From Vicinamibacterales bacterium (GTDB taxonomy: Bacteria; Acidobacteriota; Vicinamibacteria; Vicinamibacterales; UBA2999), in the NCBI GenBank assembly GCA_030680175.1, contig JAUXWO010000064.1:71949-135948 (forward strand): a DNA stretch of 64,000 bases, written 5' to 3'. The notes under the pieces are model-generated. The model saw only the letters and a program-made list of their open reading frames with translations, was not told where the DNA came from and made no database searches. Below, one piece after another: positions 50,519 through 60,545 of this stretch. Numbering within the stretch: position 1 is the first letter of the stretch; the number at the start of each line of letters is the position of its first letter. Made by a program: the position numbers and the translations under genes.

Positions 50519-52426
50519 ATGCCACTCATCACGCTTGAACATGTCTCGATGGCCTACGGCCATCTCCCGCTGCTCGACGACGCCGCCCTTCAGATCGACG
50601 CGGGCGAACGCGTGGCCGTGCTCGGCCGCAACGGCACCGGCAAGTCCACGCTGCTGCAGATCCTGAGCGGCGAGCTGCCGCCGGATGCGGGCGTCGTGTG
50701 GCGCACGCCGAACCTGCGCGTCGCCCGTCTCGTCCAGGACGTGCCGCTCTCCGCCAACCGGCCGGTCTTCGACGTCGTCGCCGACGGCCTCGGCGCCCTG
50801 GGCGATCTCGTGAAGGCGTACCACCACGCGGCCCACGCCGTCGCGGACCACGGCGGCGACGCGGAGCTCGCGACGCTCGGGCGGCTGCAGCAGCAGCTCG
50901 ACGAGCAGGATGGCTGGAGCCTCGAGCAGCGCGTCGAGGAGGTGCTGGAGCGGCTCTCGCTGCCCCCGGATCAGATCGTCGACACGCTGTCGGGCGGGTG
51001 GCGGCGGCGCGTGCTGCTGGCGCGGGCGCTGGTGAGCGATCCGGACCTCCTGCTGCTCGACGAGCCGACGAACCATCTCGACATCGAGGCGATCCTGTGG
51101 CTCGAGGCGTTCCTGCTCGAGTACCGCGGGGCCGTGGTCTTCGTCACGCACGATCGGGCCTTCCTCGATCGGATCTCGACCCGCATCATCGAACTGGACC
51201 GCGGCCAGGTGACCTCCTGGCCTGGAGACTACCAGGTCTACCTGCGCCGGAAGGAAGAGGCGCTGGCGAACGAGGCGGCGGAGTTCACTCGCTTCGACAA
51301 GAAGCTGGCCGAGGAAGAGGTGTGGGTGCGGCAGGGCATCAAGGCCCGCCGCACGCGCAACGAGGGCCGCGTCCGGGCGCTGCAGGCGATGCGAGCCGAG
51401 CGCGCCGAGCGGCGCGAGCGGATGGGCAACGTCAAGGTCCAGGTCTCGCTCGCCGAGGCGTCGGGCAAGCTCGTGTTCGAGGCGAAGGGCGTCTCGAAGG
51501 CGTACGACGAACGCGTGGTCGTGCGCGACTTCTCGACGCGCATCATGCGCGGGGACCGCATCGGCCTCGTGGGGCCGAACGGCGCGGGCAAGACCACGCT
51601 GCTCCGGATGCTGCTCGGCGAGCTCGAGCCGGATACCGGCACGGTGCGGCGCGGCGCCAACGTGGAGGTCGCCTACTTCGACCAGCAGCGCGAGCAGCTC
51701 GACCCCGAGCGCACGGTCGTCGACACAATCGGCGACGGCAACGACACCGTCACCGTGATGGGCCAGCCACGCCATGTGATCGGCTACCTGCGCGACTTCC
51801 TCTTCCCGGCCGAACGCGCGCGGTCGCCGGTGAAGGCGCTGTCGGGCGGTGAACGCAACCGGCTGCTGCTGGCGCGCCTGTTCACGCGGCCGGCCAACGT
51901 GCTGGTGCTCGACGAGCCCACCAACGACCTCGATCTCGAGACGCTGGAGCTGCTCGAGGCGCAGCTCGCCGAGTTCCCCGGCACGCTCCTGCTCGTGAGC
52001 CACGACCGCGTCTTCCTCGACAACGTCGTCACCAGCACGCTGGTCTTCGAGGGTGACGGCCGCGTCGCGGAGTACGTCGGGGGGTACGAAGACTGGCTGC
52101 GCCAGCGCACGGCTCCGGTGCCCGAGGCGGCATCGCGCCCGGCCCTCGTGCCCAAGGCGCCGGCCGCGCCGACACGCGCCGTGACGACCGCCGCGCCGAA
52201 GAAGCTCACCTTCAAGGAGCAGCGGGAACTCGAACGGCTGCCGGCCGCCATCGAGGCCCTCGAACGCGAGCAGGCCGAGCTGCAGGCGGCCGTGGCGGCG
52301 CCCGACTTCTACAAGGCCGGCGCCGAGGCCATTCGCGCCACCCTGGCGCGCCAGGAGGCCCTCGCCGCCGAGCTGCACGCCACCTACGAGCGGTGGCATG
52401 CGCTCGAGGAGCGCGCCGCCGGGTGA
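50519..52426 (+). CDS. ABC-F family ATPase (Uup-like)
   Basis: Two ABC cassettes ([28 protein letters not shown] signatures) and a C-terminal coiled coil. Confidence 0.9.
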   Translation: MPLITLEHVSMAYGHLPLLDDAALQIDAGERVAVLGRNGTGKSTLLQILSGELPPDAGVVWRTPNLRVARLVQDVPLSANRPVFDVVADGLGALGDLVKAYHHAAHAVADHGGDAELATLGRLQQQLDEQDGWSLEQRVEEVLERLSLPPDQIVDTLSGGWRRRVLLARALVSDPDLLLLDEPTNHLDIEAILWLEAFLLEYRGAVVFVTHDRAFLDRISTRIIELDRGQVTSWPGDYQVYLRRKEEALANEAAEFTRFDKKLAEEEVWVRQGIKARRTRNEGRVRALQAMRAERAERRERMGNVKVQVSLAEASGKLVFEAKGVSKAYDERVVVRDFSTRIMRGDRIGLVGPNGAGKTTLLRMLLGELEPDTGTVRRGANVEVAYFDQQREQLDPERTVVDTIGDGNDTVTVMGQPRHVIGYLRDFLFPAERARSPVKALSGGERNRLLLARLFTRPANVLVLDEPTNDLDLETLELLEAQLAEFPGTLLLVSHDRVFLDNVVTSTLVFEGDGRVAEYVGGYEDWLRQRTAPVPEAASRPALVPKAPAAPTRAVTTAAPKKLTFKEQRELERLPAAIEALEREQAELQAAVAAPDFYKAGAEAIRATLARQEALAAELHATYERWHALEERAAG

Positions 52427-52469
52427 CGCCGCCCGGACGCGGCGTCTTTGCTATGATCGTGGGACGCCC

Positions 52470-53714
52470 ATGATTCAGCCCACCGTTCGCCATCGCACCG
52501 TCGGCGTCAAGGTCGGCCCCGTCCAGGTTGGCGGCGGCGCGCCGATCGTCGTGCAGTCGATGACGATGACGGATACGGCGGATGCGGCCGGGACGGCGCG
52601 GCAGTGCATCGAGCTGTGGGAAGCCGGATCCGAGATGGTGCGGGTGACGGTGAACGTGCCCGACGCGGCGAAGGCCGTGCCCGAGATCAAGCAGCGGATG
52701 CGCGACGCCGGCTGCACGGCGCCGCTCATCGGCGACTTCCACTACAACGGCCACCTGCTCCTCACGCGCGACCCGGCGTGCGCGGCGGCCCTCGACAAGT
52801 ACCGCATCAACCCCGGCAACGTCGGCACCGGCACGCGGCGGGACGAGCAGTTCACCACCATCTGCCGGGTGGCGATGGACCACGGCAAGCCCGTGCGCAT
52901 CGGCGTCAACGGCGGCTCCCTGAACCAGGAGCTCGTCATGGCGAAGATGCAGGAGAACACCGACCGCGGGCTGGGCAAGACCTCGGAGGAGATCGTCAAC
53001 GAGTGCATGGTGATCTCGGCGCTCGAGTCCACCGCGCTCGCGCTCGAGGCCGGGCTCCGCACCGACCAGATCATCATCTCGTGCAAGGTCTCGCGCCCGA
53101 GCCATCTCATCCAGGTGTACCGCGCGCTCGCGCGCCAGACGACGCAGCCGCTGCATCTCGGGCTGACCGAGGCGGGCATGGGCACGAAGGGGCTGGTGTG
53201 GTCGGCCTCCGCGATGGGCGTGCTGCTCGAGCAGGGCATTGGCGACACCATCCGCGTCTCCCTTACGCCGCGTCCGGGCGGCGACCGCCGCGAGGAGGTG
53301 TACGCCGCGTGCGAGCTGCTGCAGGCGCTCGGCCTGCGCACCTTCGCGCCGAGCGTGACGGCGTGCCCGGGCTGCGGCCGCACGACCAGCAGCACCTTCC
53401 AGGAGCTGGCCGAGCGCGTGCAGCAGTACATCCGCGAGCAGATGCCGCGCTGGAAGCTGGAATACGAGGGCGTCGAGTCGCTCACGCTCGCCGTGATGGG
53501 CTGCATCGTCAACGGCCCCGGCGAATCGAAGGCCGCCAACATCGGCATCAGCCTCCCCGGCACGGGCGAGGCGCCGCAGTGCCCCGTCTTCATCGACGGC
53601 GTCCACGAGACGACGCTGCGGGGGACGTACGAGGAGCTGGCGGCGGCGTTCCAGGCGCTCGTGGACGGCTACGTCGAGCGCACGTATCCGAAGCGCGTCC
53701 CGGCGACCGCCTGA
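52470..53714 (+). CDS. ispG: 4-hydroxy-3-methylbut-2-enyl diphosphate synthase
   Basis: Trimmed to ATG 52470; …QSMTMTDT…RVTVN…GDFHYNGH…CPGCGRT…[10 protein letters not shown]. Confidence 0.93.
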   Translation: MIQPTVRHRTVGVKVGPVQVGGGAPIVVQSMTMTDTADAAGTARQCIELWEAGSEMVRVTVNVPDAAKAVPEIKQRMRDAGCTAPLIGDFHYNGHLLLTRDPACAAALDKYRINPGNVGTGTRRDEQFTTICRVAMDHGKPVRIGVNGGSLNQELVMAKMQENTDRGLGKTSEEIVNECMVISALESTALALEAGLRTDQIIISCKVSRPSHLIQVYRALARQTTQPLHLGLTEAGMGTKGLVWSASAMGVLLEQGIGDTIRVSLTPRPGGDRREEVYAACELLQALGLRTFAPSVTACPGCGRTTSSTFQELAERVQQYIREQMPRWKLEYEGVESLTLAVMGCIVNGPGESKAANIGISLPGTGEAPQCPVFIDGVHETTLRGTYEELAAAFQALVDGYVERTYPKRVPATA

Positions 53715-53787
53715 CGCGGCCGGTCCGCCCTCACCCATCCGGCCTATTGCCGCCGGAGGGGCCACCCGGCACAATCGAGCGATCGCC

Positions 53788-55611
53788 ATGCCAGCCCAGC
53801 CAGACGAGACCATGGACCCCGCGGGTGACTCCCCGTGCGCCGAGGCCGCCACCGAGCGCGCGGCGCTGACCGGCGCCATCGAGCGGCGCGAGGCGCTGCT
53901 GCGCGGCGTGGCGGGCGCCGCCGAGGCGCTCCTCACCTCCGGTGACGATCTCGCGGTCGCGATCCCGCGCGCCCTCGCGTCGCTTGGCGAGGCCTCCGCC
54001 GCCGATCGCGTGAGCGTGTACCGGCGGCTGCCGGCCGCCACGCGCGACGGCGATCAGGTGGTGTGCCCGTACGAGTGGACGCAGCCCGGCGTCCTGCGGC
54101 ATTCGGAGCTGCCGGGCCGCTTCCCGGTGTCCTGCTGTTCGTTCGGCGAGGCGTGGCGCGATCGGCTGCAGGAGGGGCAGGCCCTGCAGGCGCACACGGC
54201 GCAGATGCCCGACGCGCTGCGCGCCCTCAAGGAGCGCGACGGCACGCGCTCCGTCCTCGTCGTCCCCATCGTCGTGCGCGGCGAGTTCTGGGGCGTGTTG
54301 AGCTTCGACAACTGCCATACGGATCGCGAGTGGAGCCCCGCCACGGTCTCGACGATCGAGACGGCGGCGTCGCTGCTCGCCGGCGCCGTGGAGCGCGACA
54401 CGGCGGTGGCGGCGCGCCTCGAGGCGGAGCGCCGGCGCATCATGGAGCTGGCGGCGGCCAACGACGTGCTGGCGCGCACGTCCACGCACCTGGCGAGCCA
54501 GCCGGATCTGTCGTCCTTCCTCTCACAGCTCGTGCTCGAGACGACGCGCCAGCTCGGCGCGGCGAGCGGCTACGTCGTGCTCATCGACGACAACGGCGAG
54601 CAGCGGCGGGCCATTTCCATCGAGGACGGCGTGATCAGCGAGCCCCGGCTCGTCGCGGCCACGGACGTCGCCGAAGCGCGGGCGCTCGAGCTGCTGCGCG
54701 CGAGCCGCCAGCCGCGGCAGTTCGACATCGAGCGTGACCTGGACGTGTTTTGTCCCGAGGCGCGCGCGCACTTCCGCCAGCGCGGCGTGCGCGTGCTGGT
54801 GGCGACGGCCCTCCAGGCCGGCGACCGCCTCGTGGGCTTCCTCGGCCTCGCCTTCCGCGAGCACACCACGCTCGACGCCATCAGCCAGCAGCTGCTGCGC
54901 GCGCTGGCGCAGCAGGCGGCGCTGGCCATCCAGCTGACGCGGCTCGCCCACGAGGCACAGGAGCAGGCACGGCAGGCGGCCGTGCTCGAGGAGCGCAATC
55001 GCCTGGCGCGCGAGATCCACGACACGATGGCGCAGGGCTTTGCCGCGATCGCCATGCAGCTGCAGGGCGTGCGCCGGCACGGCGGGCCGCTGCCGCAGGC
55101 GGTGGCCGCGAGCCTCGACCAGGTGATGGAGCTGGCGCGCGAGAATCTGCTCGAGGCGCGGCGATCGGTGCTGGCGCTGCGCCCGCGCGTGCTCGACGGC
55201 GCCGGGCTGCCGGATGCGCTCTCGCGGCTCGTCCACGGCGTGCAGCGCGGGGCGTCGATCCCGCTCGCGCTCGACGTGACCGGCACACCGGCCGCACCCG
55301 AGGCGGTGGAGCACGAGGTGGTGCGCATCGCGCAGGAGGCGCTCACCAACGCGGTGCGGCACGCCGGGGCCTCGCGCATCTGGGTGCGCCTGGCGGCCGG
55401 CGACCGCGGCCTGCGGCTCATCGTCGGTGACGATGGGCGCGGGTTCGCGCACGACGGCGTCACGCATGGCGATGGCCTGCGCGGCATGCAGGAGCGCGCG
55501 GAGCGCATCGGTGCGTCGTTCACGATCGTCACGGAGCCGGGCGGCGGCACCGAGTTGATCCTGGCATGGGCGGACGAGGGCGCGGGCGCGGGGTATCCGC
55601 GCGCCGTATGA
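53788..55611 (+). CDS. Sensor histidine kinase, two GAF domains plus HisKA_3 and HATPase
   Basis: EERNRLAREIHDTMAQGF H-box; C-terminal DDGRGF…GLRGMQERAERIGASF. Confidence 0.85.
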   Translation: MPAQPDETMDPAGDSPCAEAATERAALTGAIERREALLRGVAGAAEALLTSGDDLAVAIPRALASLGEASAADRVSVYRRLPAATRDGDQVVCPYEWTQPGVLRHSELPGRFPVSCCSFGEAWRDRLQEGQALQAHTAQMPDALRALKERDGTRSVLVVPIVVRGEFWGVLSFDNCHTDREWSPATVSTIETAASLLAGAVERDTAVAARLEAERRRIMELAAANDVLARTSTHLASQPDLSSFLSQLVLETTRQLGAASGYVVLIDDNGEQRRAISIEDGVISEPRLVAATDVAEARALELLRASRQPRQFDIERDLDVFCPEARAHFRQRGVRVLVATALQAGDRLVGFLGLAFREHTTLDAISQQLLRALAQQAALAIQLTRLAHEAQEQARQAAVLEERNRLAREIHDTMAQGFAAIAMQLQGVRRHGGPLPQAVAASLDQVMELARENLLEARRSVLALRPRVLDGAGLPDALSRLVHGVQRGASIPLALDVTGTPAAPEAVEHEVVRIAQEALTNAVRHAGASRIWVRLAAGDRGLRLIVGDDGRGFAHDGVTHGDGLRGMQERAERIGASFTIVTEPGGGTELILAWADEGAGAGYPRAV

Positions 55612-56255
55612 ACCGCACCCGCGCCACGCGCCCGCCGGTCCGGGCGCGCGTCCTGATCGCCGACGACCACGCGCTGATGCGCAACGGCGTGGCGAACCTG
55701 CTGAACCAGGAAGCCGACCTCGAGGTGGTGGCGGAAGCGCCGGACGGCCTGAGCGCCGTCGCGCTCTACGAGACCCATCGCCCGGACGTGGCGCTCATCG
55801 ACCTCCGCATGCCGCGGCTCGAAGGCGTCGAGGTCGTGCGGCAGATCCGCGCCGCGCATCCCGAGGCGCGGCTCATCATCCTGACGACCTACGATACGGA
55901 CGAGGACATCGACCGCGCGCTGAAGGCGGGCGCGCAGGCCTACCTGCTGAAGGACGTGTCGGCGGACGGCCTGCTGGCGTGCATCCGCGACGTGCTGCGG
56001 GGCCAGACGCATGTGGCGCCCGCGGTGGCGGCGCGCCTGGCGGCGCGCGGCGCGCGTGTGCAGCTCACGCCGCGCGAGCTGGCCGTGCTGCGCGAACTGG
56101 CCGACGGCCGCGCCAACAAGGAGATCGCCTCGAGCCTCGGCATCAGCGAGGGCACGGTGAAGGTGCACCTCGCGCACCTGTTCGATAAACTGGGTGTCTC
56201 GAGCCGCACCGAAGCGATCGCCGTCGCCGTCCGCCGCGGCCTCGTCCGCCTGTAG
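55608..56255 (+). CDS. NarL/LuxR-family response regulator
   Basis: Trimmed to ATG 55608 (ATGA overlap with the kinase); VLIADDHALMR…DLRMP receiver; LTPRELAVLRELADGRANKEIA HTH. Confidence 0.9.
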   Translation: MNRTRATRPPVRARVLIADDHALMRNGVANLLNQEADLEVVAEAPDGLSAVALYETHRPDVALIDLRMPRLEGVEVVRQIRAAHPEARLIILTTYDTDEDIDRALKAGAQAYLLKDVSADGLLACIRDVLRGQTHVAPAVAARLAARGARVQLTPRELAVLRELADGRANKEIASSLGISEGTVKVHLAHLFDKLGVSSRTEAIAVAVRRGLVRL

Positions 56256-56311
56256 GCGTTCAGGCCGCGCGAACACGCCACCTCTTCCCCGCACAAGGAG
56301 TCACCTGATCA

Positions 56312-57367
56312 ATGAAAGACGCTGGAGCCACGACAGAAGCCGCCACGCCGAACACCTTCTTCGTGGAGGTGACGGGCGCGGGCCTCCCTGAAGTCGATGG
56401 CCTCTTCGTGCCGTCCACGGCCCCGCCCACGACATCTGAATCCGGCACGGTGTCGAGTCCCGGCTACTGGAACGGCAAGATGGCGTGGGACCGTGCCGAC
56501 GGCAGGGCGGCGAGAAGCCCGGCGATCTCCTATTCCAACAGCTACAAGTCCTGGAGAATCTCCCGCCTCGACGGGCATCTGGCGTACGACATCTCGTCCG
56601 AGGAGGCGATGCCCCCGACTGACCGGGAATGGCACGTCTACAAGAAGGGCGTTGCGCCGGCGCCGACGGTCGTGCTCCATCACTTCGACCCGAGACAGCC
56701 CTGCCCCGCGCCGAACGTCGTCTTCGTGCTCGGCGCGCCCGGCGCCGGCAAAGGCACCATGTGTGAGCTGGCCGAGTCCCAACTCGGCTGGACGCACCTC
56801 TCCACGGGAGACCTGCTCCGCGCCGAGCACCAGGCGGGAGGGCCGAACGCCGCCATCATCGACGAGTACCTGGCGGCGGGACAGCTGGTCCCCAACGACA
56901 TCACGGTGACCCTGCTGCGACAGGCGATGGAGCGCATCACCAGAACGACAGGCCGGAAGAACTTCCTCCTGGATGGCTTCCCGCGCTCCCTGTCCAACCT
57001 GGAGGCCTGGTACGAGATCTTCGGCCGGGAGGCGGAGCTCCCCGGCATGCTGTACTTCGAGTGCCCCTCCGCCGTCCTCGAGCAACGCATCCTGGGACGC
57101 GCAAAGTACTCCGGCAGGAGTGATGACAACGTCGAGAGCATGAAGCTGAGATTCGACACCTTCAAGGCTGAGACGCTGCCGACCGTGGAGCTGTTCAAGA
57201 GCCTGGGCAAATGTGTGGAGGTCGACACCAGCCAGGACCGTCAGGCCGTGTATGCCCTCGTGGCGGCCCACCTGGCCGAGCACACCGAGAGCACGTTCGC
57301 GGCCAGGCCACTCACCGAGCGCGCGGAAATGCTGCTCGGCCTGAGGCCGTACCCCAGGAAGGAATAG
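56312..57367 (+). CDS. Short-type adenylate-kinase-family enzyme closest to eukaryotic UMP-CMP kinase, with ~130-aa unknown N-terminal domain
   Basis: VVFVLGAPGAGKGTMCE…THLSTGDLLRAE…FLLDGFPRSLSNLEAW…SGRSDDNVESMKLRFDTF aligns by eye to human/yeast UMP-CMP kinase motifs; AAGGAG SD 10 nt upstream. Confidence 0.8.
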   Translation: MKDAGATTEAATPNTFFVEVTGAGLPEVDGLFVPSTAPPTTSESGTVSSPGYWNGKMAWDRADGRAARSPAISYSNSYKSWRISRLDGHLAYDISSEEAMPPTDREWHVYKKGVAPAPTVVLHHFDPRQPCPAPNVVFVLGAPGAGKGTMCELAESQLGWTHLSTGDLLRAEHQAGGPNAAIIDEYLAAGQLVPNDITVTLLRQAMERITRTTGRKNFLLDGFPRSLSNLEAWYEIFGREAELPGMLYFECPSAVLEQRILGRAKYSGRSDDNVESMKLRFDTFKAETLPTVELFKSLGKCVEVDTSQDRQAVYALVAAHLAEHTESTFAARPLTERAEMLLGLRPYPRKE

Positions 57368-57519
57368 GGGGATCTCGCACAGGACCTTCCGGCGACTCTG
57401 CCCTTGACGGAGGCGTAGCCGGGGCCTACACTCTCGCGGCAACCTCGTCGCCGTCCCCGTCGCGTTCGGCGTCCGCTGCGCGAGTGGCGTCGAGCCGGCA
57501 CTTCCCCCGGGAGGTTCCG

Positions 57520-58227
57520 ATGCCGCGCCCCTGCCGCCTGGTTCCCCGTCGTCACAGCGCCCGCCTGCTCATCGGCGTGTGCGTGCTCAGCCTTGCCGCC
57601 TGCTCCGCGGCCCCGCCGGAGGCCGCCGACGCCGGCGCCCCTGACGCGCCGGCCGTTGCCGCTGCCTCCGGGGCACCAGGGCCGGGCGAGCCCAGCCTCG
57701 AAGAGGTGCGGCGCGCCACCGAGCGGTTCCGCGACGTGAACGTCGCGCTCGCCGAAGGCTACGTGCGCGATCCGTTCGACGTGTGTGACACGGCTGAGAT
57801 GATGGGACGCCCCGGCGAACTCGGCGCCATGGGGATCCACTACGTGCGCATGGACCTGCTCGGCATCACGGGGCCCCCGAACCCGAAGGTGGACGGCACC
57901 GGCATCCACACGGACTTTCGCACGCCGTCGATCCTGATCTACGAGCCGCAGGCCGACGGCTCGCTGGAACTGGTCGCGGTCGAGAACCTCGCGTTCGCGG
58001 CCGCGTGGGAGGCGGCCGGCCACCCTGCCCCGCCCACGTTCCACGGGGTGCCCTACGACTACATGGCCGACGACCCGGCCACGCCGGCCGAGGAATCCCA
58101 CATGTTCGAGCCGCACTGGGATCGGCACGTGTGGCTCTACCGCGAGAACCCGGCAGGCACGTTCGCGCCGTTCAACCCGCGCGTGAGCTGCGAGCACCAC
58201 ACGGGCGCCGCGCACTGGCACGAGTGA
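57520..58227 (+). CDS. Lipoprotein, function unknown
   Basis: Trimmed to ATG 57520 (GGGAGG SD); lipobox LSLAAC; no family recognised. Confidence 0.6.
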   Translation: MPRPCRLVPRRHSARLLIGVCVLSLAACSAAPPEAADAGAPDAPAVAAASGAPGPGEPSLEEVRRATERFRDVNVALAEGYVRDPFDVCDTAEMMGRPGELGAMGIHYVRMDLLGITGPPNPKVDGTGIHTDFRTPSILIYEPQADGSLELVAVENLAFAAAWEAAGHPAPPTFHGVPYDYMADDPATPAEESHMFEPHWDRHVWLYRENPAGTFAPFNPRVSCEHHTGAAHWHE

Positions 58228-58270
58228 GTCGTGCGCTGCGATCAGTGGTATGATGTTTTGTCATACTCCA

Positions 58271-58513
58271 ATGCCCAAGACAAAAGTTGCCCTGACGATC
58301 GACGCCGATCTGCTCGAGCGTGTGGACCACCTCGTGGCCCGGCAGCGCTTTCGCAATCGCAGCCAGGCGATTGAGACGGCGCTCGCCGAGAAGCTGTCAC
58401 GACTGGCCCGCGTCCGCCTGGCCGAGGAGTGTGCCAAGCTCGACCCCGCGGAGGAACGGCTCCTGGCCGATGAAGGCCTCGCGGCCGCGGATGAATCATG
58501 GCCCGAATACTGA
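58271..58513 (+). CDS. mazE: RHH-type antitoxin paired with MazF
   Basis: MPKTKVALTIDADLLERVDHLVARQRFRNRSQAIETALAEKL; 16-nt overlap with mazF; TGgTATGAT extended -10 at 58246-58254. Confidence 0.7.
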   Translation: MPKTKVALTIDADLLERVDHLVARQRFRNRSQAIETALAEKLSRLARVRLAEECAKLDPAEERLLADEGLAAADESWPEY

Positions 58514-58833
58514 GGGGTGAGATCCGGTGGGCCGATCTCAATCCCGTCCGCGGTCACGAGCAGGCCGGACAACGCCCGGTACTGATTCTGAGCCACGACG
58601 TGTTCAACGAACGGTCCGGCACCGTGATCGCCGTCGCCCTGACCAGTCAGGAGCCGCGCGCGGGCTATCCGCTCACGCTCGCACTGACTGACGCCAGGCT
58701 CCCCAAGCCCTCCTGGGCGAAGATCAGCCAAATCCGCACGCTCTCGACCGAACGCCTCGGCAAGAGACTCGGTCGTGCCTCGGACGAGGAGCTGACCAGG
58801 GTGCTGGACGGCCTCATGGAGATCGTCGGCTAG
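58498..58833 (+). CDS. mazF: MazF/PemK-family endoribonuclease toxin
   Basis: RGEIRWADLNPVRGHEQAGQRPVLILSHDVFNERSGTVIAVALTSQ. Confidence 0.88.
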   Translation: MARILRGEIRWADLNPVRGHEQAGQRPVLILSHDVFNERSGTVIAVALTSQEPRAGYPLTLALTDARLPKPSWAKISQIRTLSTERLGKRLGRASDEELTRVLDGLMEIVG

Positions 58834-58860
58834 CCGGCTCGCCTTGAATCACCGTTAAGC

Positions 58861-59189
58861 CCGAGGTGGCCGGCACCACTTGCGACAGACGGAAGCCGGA
58901 TCGGCGACTGGTCGACCCGGATCGAGGGACGGCCGTACGTTCCGGAGGAGAACCCCAACGGCGACTTCCAGGCCGTCACGCCCGGGTACTTCGAGGCGAT
59001 GGGGCTCACCCTCGTCCGCGGCCGCTTCCTGAACGACGCCGATCATGAAGACGCGATGCCGGCGGTGGTCATCAACGACACCATGGCCGGGCGCTACTGG
59101 CCCGGCGAGGACGCCCTCGGCCGGCAGTCCTCGTCCCGGCGCGCCGGGCCGCCTCGATCGATCCGATCGTCACACTGAGACAGAGCTGA
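58861..59189 (+). pseudogene. Remnant of an ADOP/MacB-type permease (internal deletion plus frame change)
   Basis: One frame reads …IEGRPYVPEENPNGDFQAVTPGYFEAMGLTLVRGRFLNDADHEDAMPAVVINDTMAGRYWPGEDALGRQ (periplasmic domain). Another frame then reads ARRAASIDPIVTLRQS-stop, the family-typical extreme C-terminus. There is no start and no TM modules. Confidence 0.6.
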
Positions 59190-59214
59190 GGATCGCGGCA
59201 GGGCAACCGGCCGC

Positions 59215-59454
59215 TCATCGAGCGGCGCGTGATCGCCGGAGGGCCCCTCGCAGCAGGTACCAGGCCATCATCACGACCGCGCCAATCAGGATGCCGACCA
59301 GCCAGCGCAAGGGGCCGACGGCGCCGTTGGGGACGACGTCCGTCGAGACGACATCAGGGAACAGACGCGGTGTTCCCAGGACGTACACGAATGCCAGCAA
59401 CCCCGCACCAAGCATCACCCGGGAGAGCATCGCTGCAATTGCCGCATTGTTCAT
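59215..59454 (-). CDS. Small two-TM membrane protein
   Basis: 79 aa; downstream of and co-oriented with the cyclase gene. Confidence 0.4.
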   Translation of the reverse strand: MNNAAIAAMLSRVMLGAGLLAFVYVLGTPRLFPDVVSTDVVPNGAVGPLRWLVGILIGAVVMMAWYLLRGALRRSRAAR

Positions 59455-59525
59455 GAACGGCTCGTCTTCCTCGGGGTGGGGCTACCGGACTGCGGTGGCG
59501 CCGGGCTGCCGCCGGGAACGAATCG

Positions 59526-60422
59526 CTACGCGCCGGGCGCGCGGCGGGCCGACAGCTGCGTGCGGGTGCTGGCCACGCTGAAGAGTTCGTGCTCGCCGGG
59601 GAACCCGTCGAGCGCGTGGACGCCGGCCGACTCGAAGTGCAGGAGCGGCGCGAGCGCCGCCCGCGCGGCGGCGCTCACCACCGCGTCGCGCTCCAGGCGC
59701 GCCGCGACCTTCTCCATCCGGAACACGTAGATCACCTCGAGCCCCGAGATGTTGTTCGCCCCGCCCGCGCCGCCCGCCATCGTCGCGCGGCCGAAGTGCA
59801 GCACCAGGCGGAACGCCGGCGCCGCCTCCGCCTGCAGGCCCTGCAGCGTGCCGATCACCGGCGCAAGGCGCGCCGCCGTGTCGGGCTCGGCTTCCCAGTA
59901 CGCGAAGATCGCGTCGCCCAGGAACTTGTCCACCACGCCGCCCGCCGATTCGATCACCTCGCGCGTCCGCCGCAGCCACGTCCCGACCGTGCGCCCCAGC
60001 GCCTCGGGCGGCAGCGACTGCATGATCGTCGTGAAGCTCTTGATATCCAGCATCAACAGCCAGCACGGCCGCGACGACTGCACGACCACCGTGGCGGCAA
60101 ACTGCGGGGTGCCCAGGGCCAGGTCGGGCGCGTTGTCCTGACGGAACGTCAGGCGCGTGTCGCCGACGACGATGATGTCGCCGTCGATGAGGCGGGTCGG
60201 CATCGTGATGCGGCGCCCGTTGCGGATCGTGCCGTTCGTGCTGCCGAGATCGGCGATCCAGCACTCGGTGCCCTCGACCGAGTCCTGCAGGTGGACGAAG
60301 GCGTGCTGCCGCGAGACCTGGTCGGAATCAATCCGGATCGCCGCGCCCTGCGCGCGTCCAATCTGGCAGTTGGCGCCCACCTCGACCTCGCGGCCATCCG
60401 GGAGAATCAGCCAGGCCTTCAT
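59526..60422 (-). CDS. FHA domain fused to class III adenylate/guanylate cyclase domain
   Basis: Trimmed to ATG 60422; FHA IGRAQGAAIRIDSDQVSRQHAFV…GSTNGTIRNG; cyclase LLMLDIKSFTT…KFLGDAIFAYW. Confidence 0.8.
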   Translation of the reverse strand: MKAWLILPDGREVEVGANCQIGRAQGAAIRIDSDQVSRQHAFVHLQDSVEGTECWIADLGSTNGTIRNGRRITMPTRLIDGDIIVVGDTRLTFRQDNAPDLALGTPQFAATVVVQSSRPCWLLMLDIKSFTTIMQSLPPEALGRTVGTWLRRTREVIESAGGVVDKFLGDAIFAYWEAEPDTAARLAPVIGTLQGLQAEAAPAFRLVLHFGRATMAGGAGGANNISGLEVIYVFRMEKVAARLERDAVVSAAARAALAPLLHFESAGVHALDGFPGEHELFSVASTRTQLSARRAPGA

Positions 60423-60545
60423 CGGGGACCGACGGGGTTCATCTACGCATCCTGGGACGGCCGGCCGCGCCGATCGCGGCCCGCCCACGAGGGGGCCGTG
60501 GCGACCTTGTATCACGCCCCGGCCACCCCCGTCGAGATTCAGGCG

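Noticed and set aside
58866-59581. Listed ORFs 58866..59048 (+) and 59045..59581 (+) as genes
   Set aside because: They are Arg/Pro-rich frames running across the permease remnant and antisense to the small membrane ORF. The recognisable permease-like peptide is in other frames and is fragmentary.
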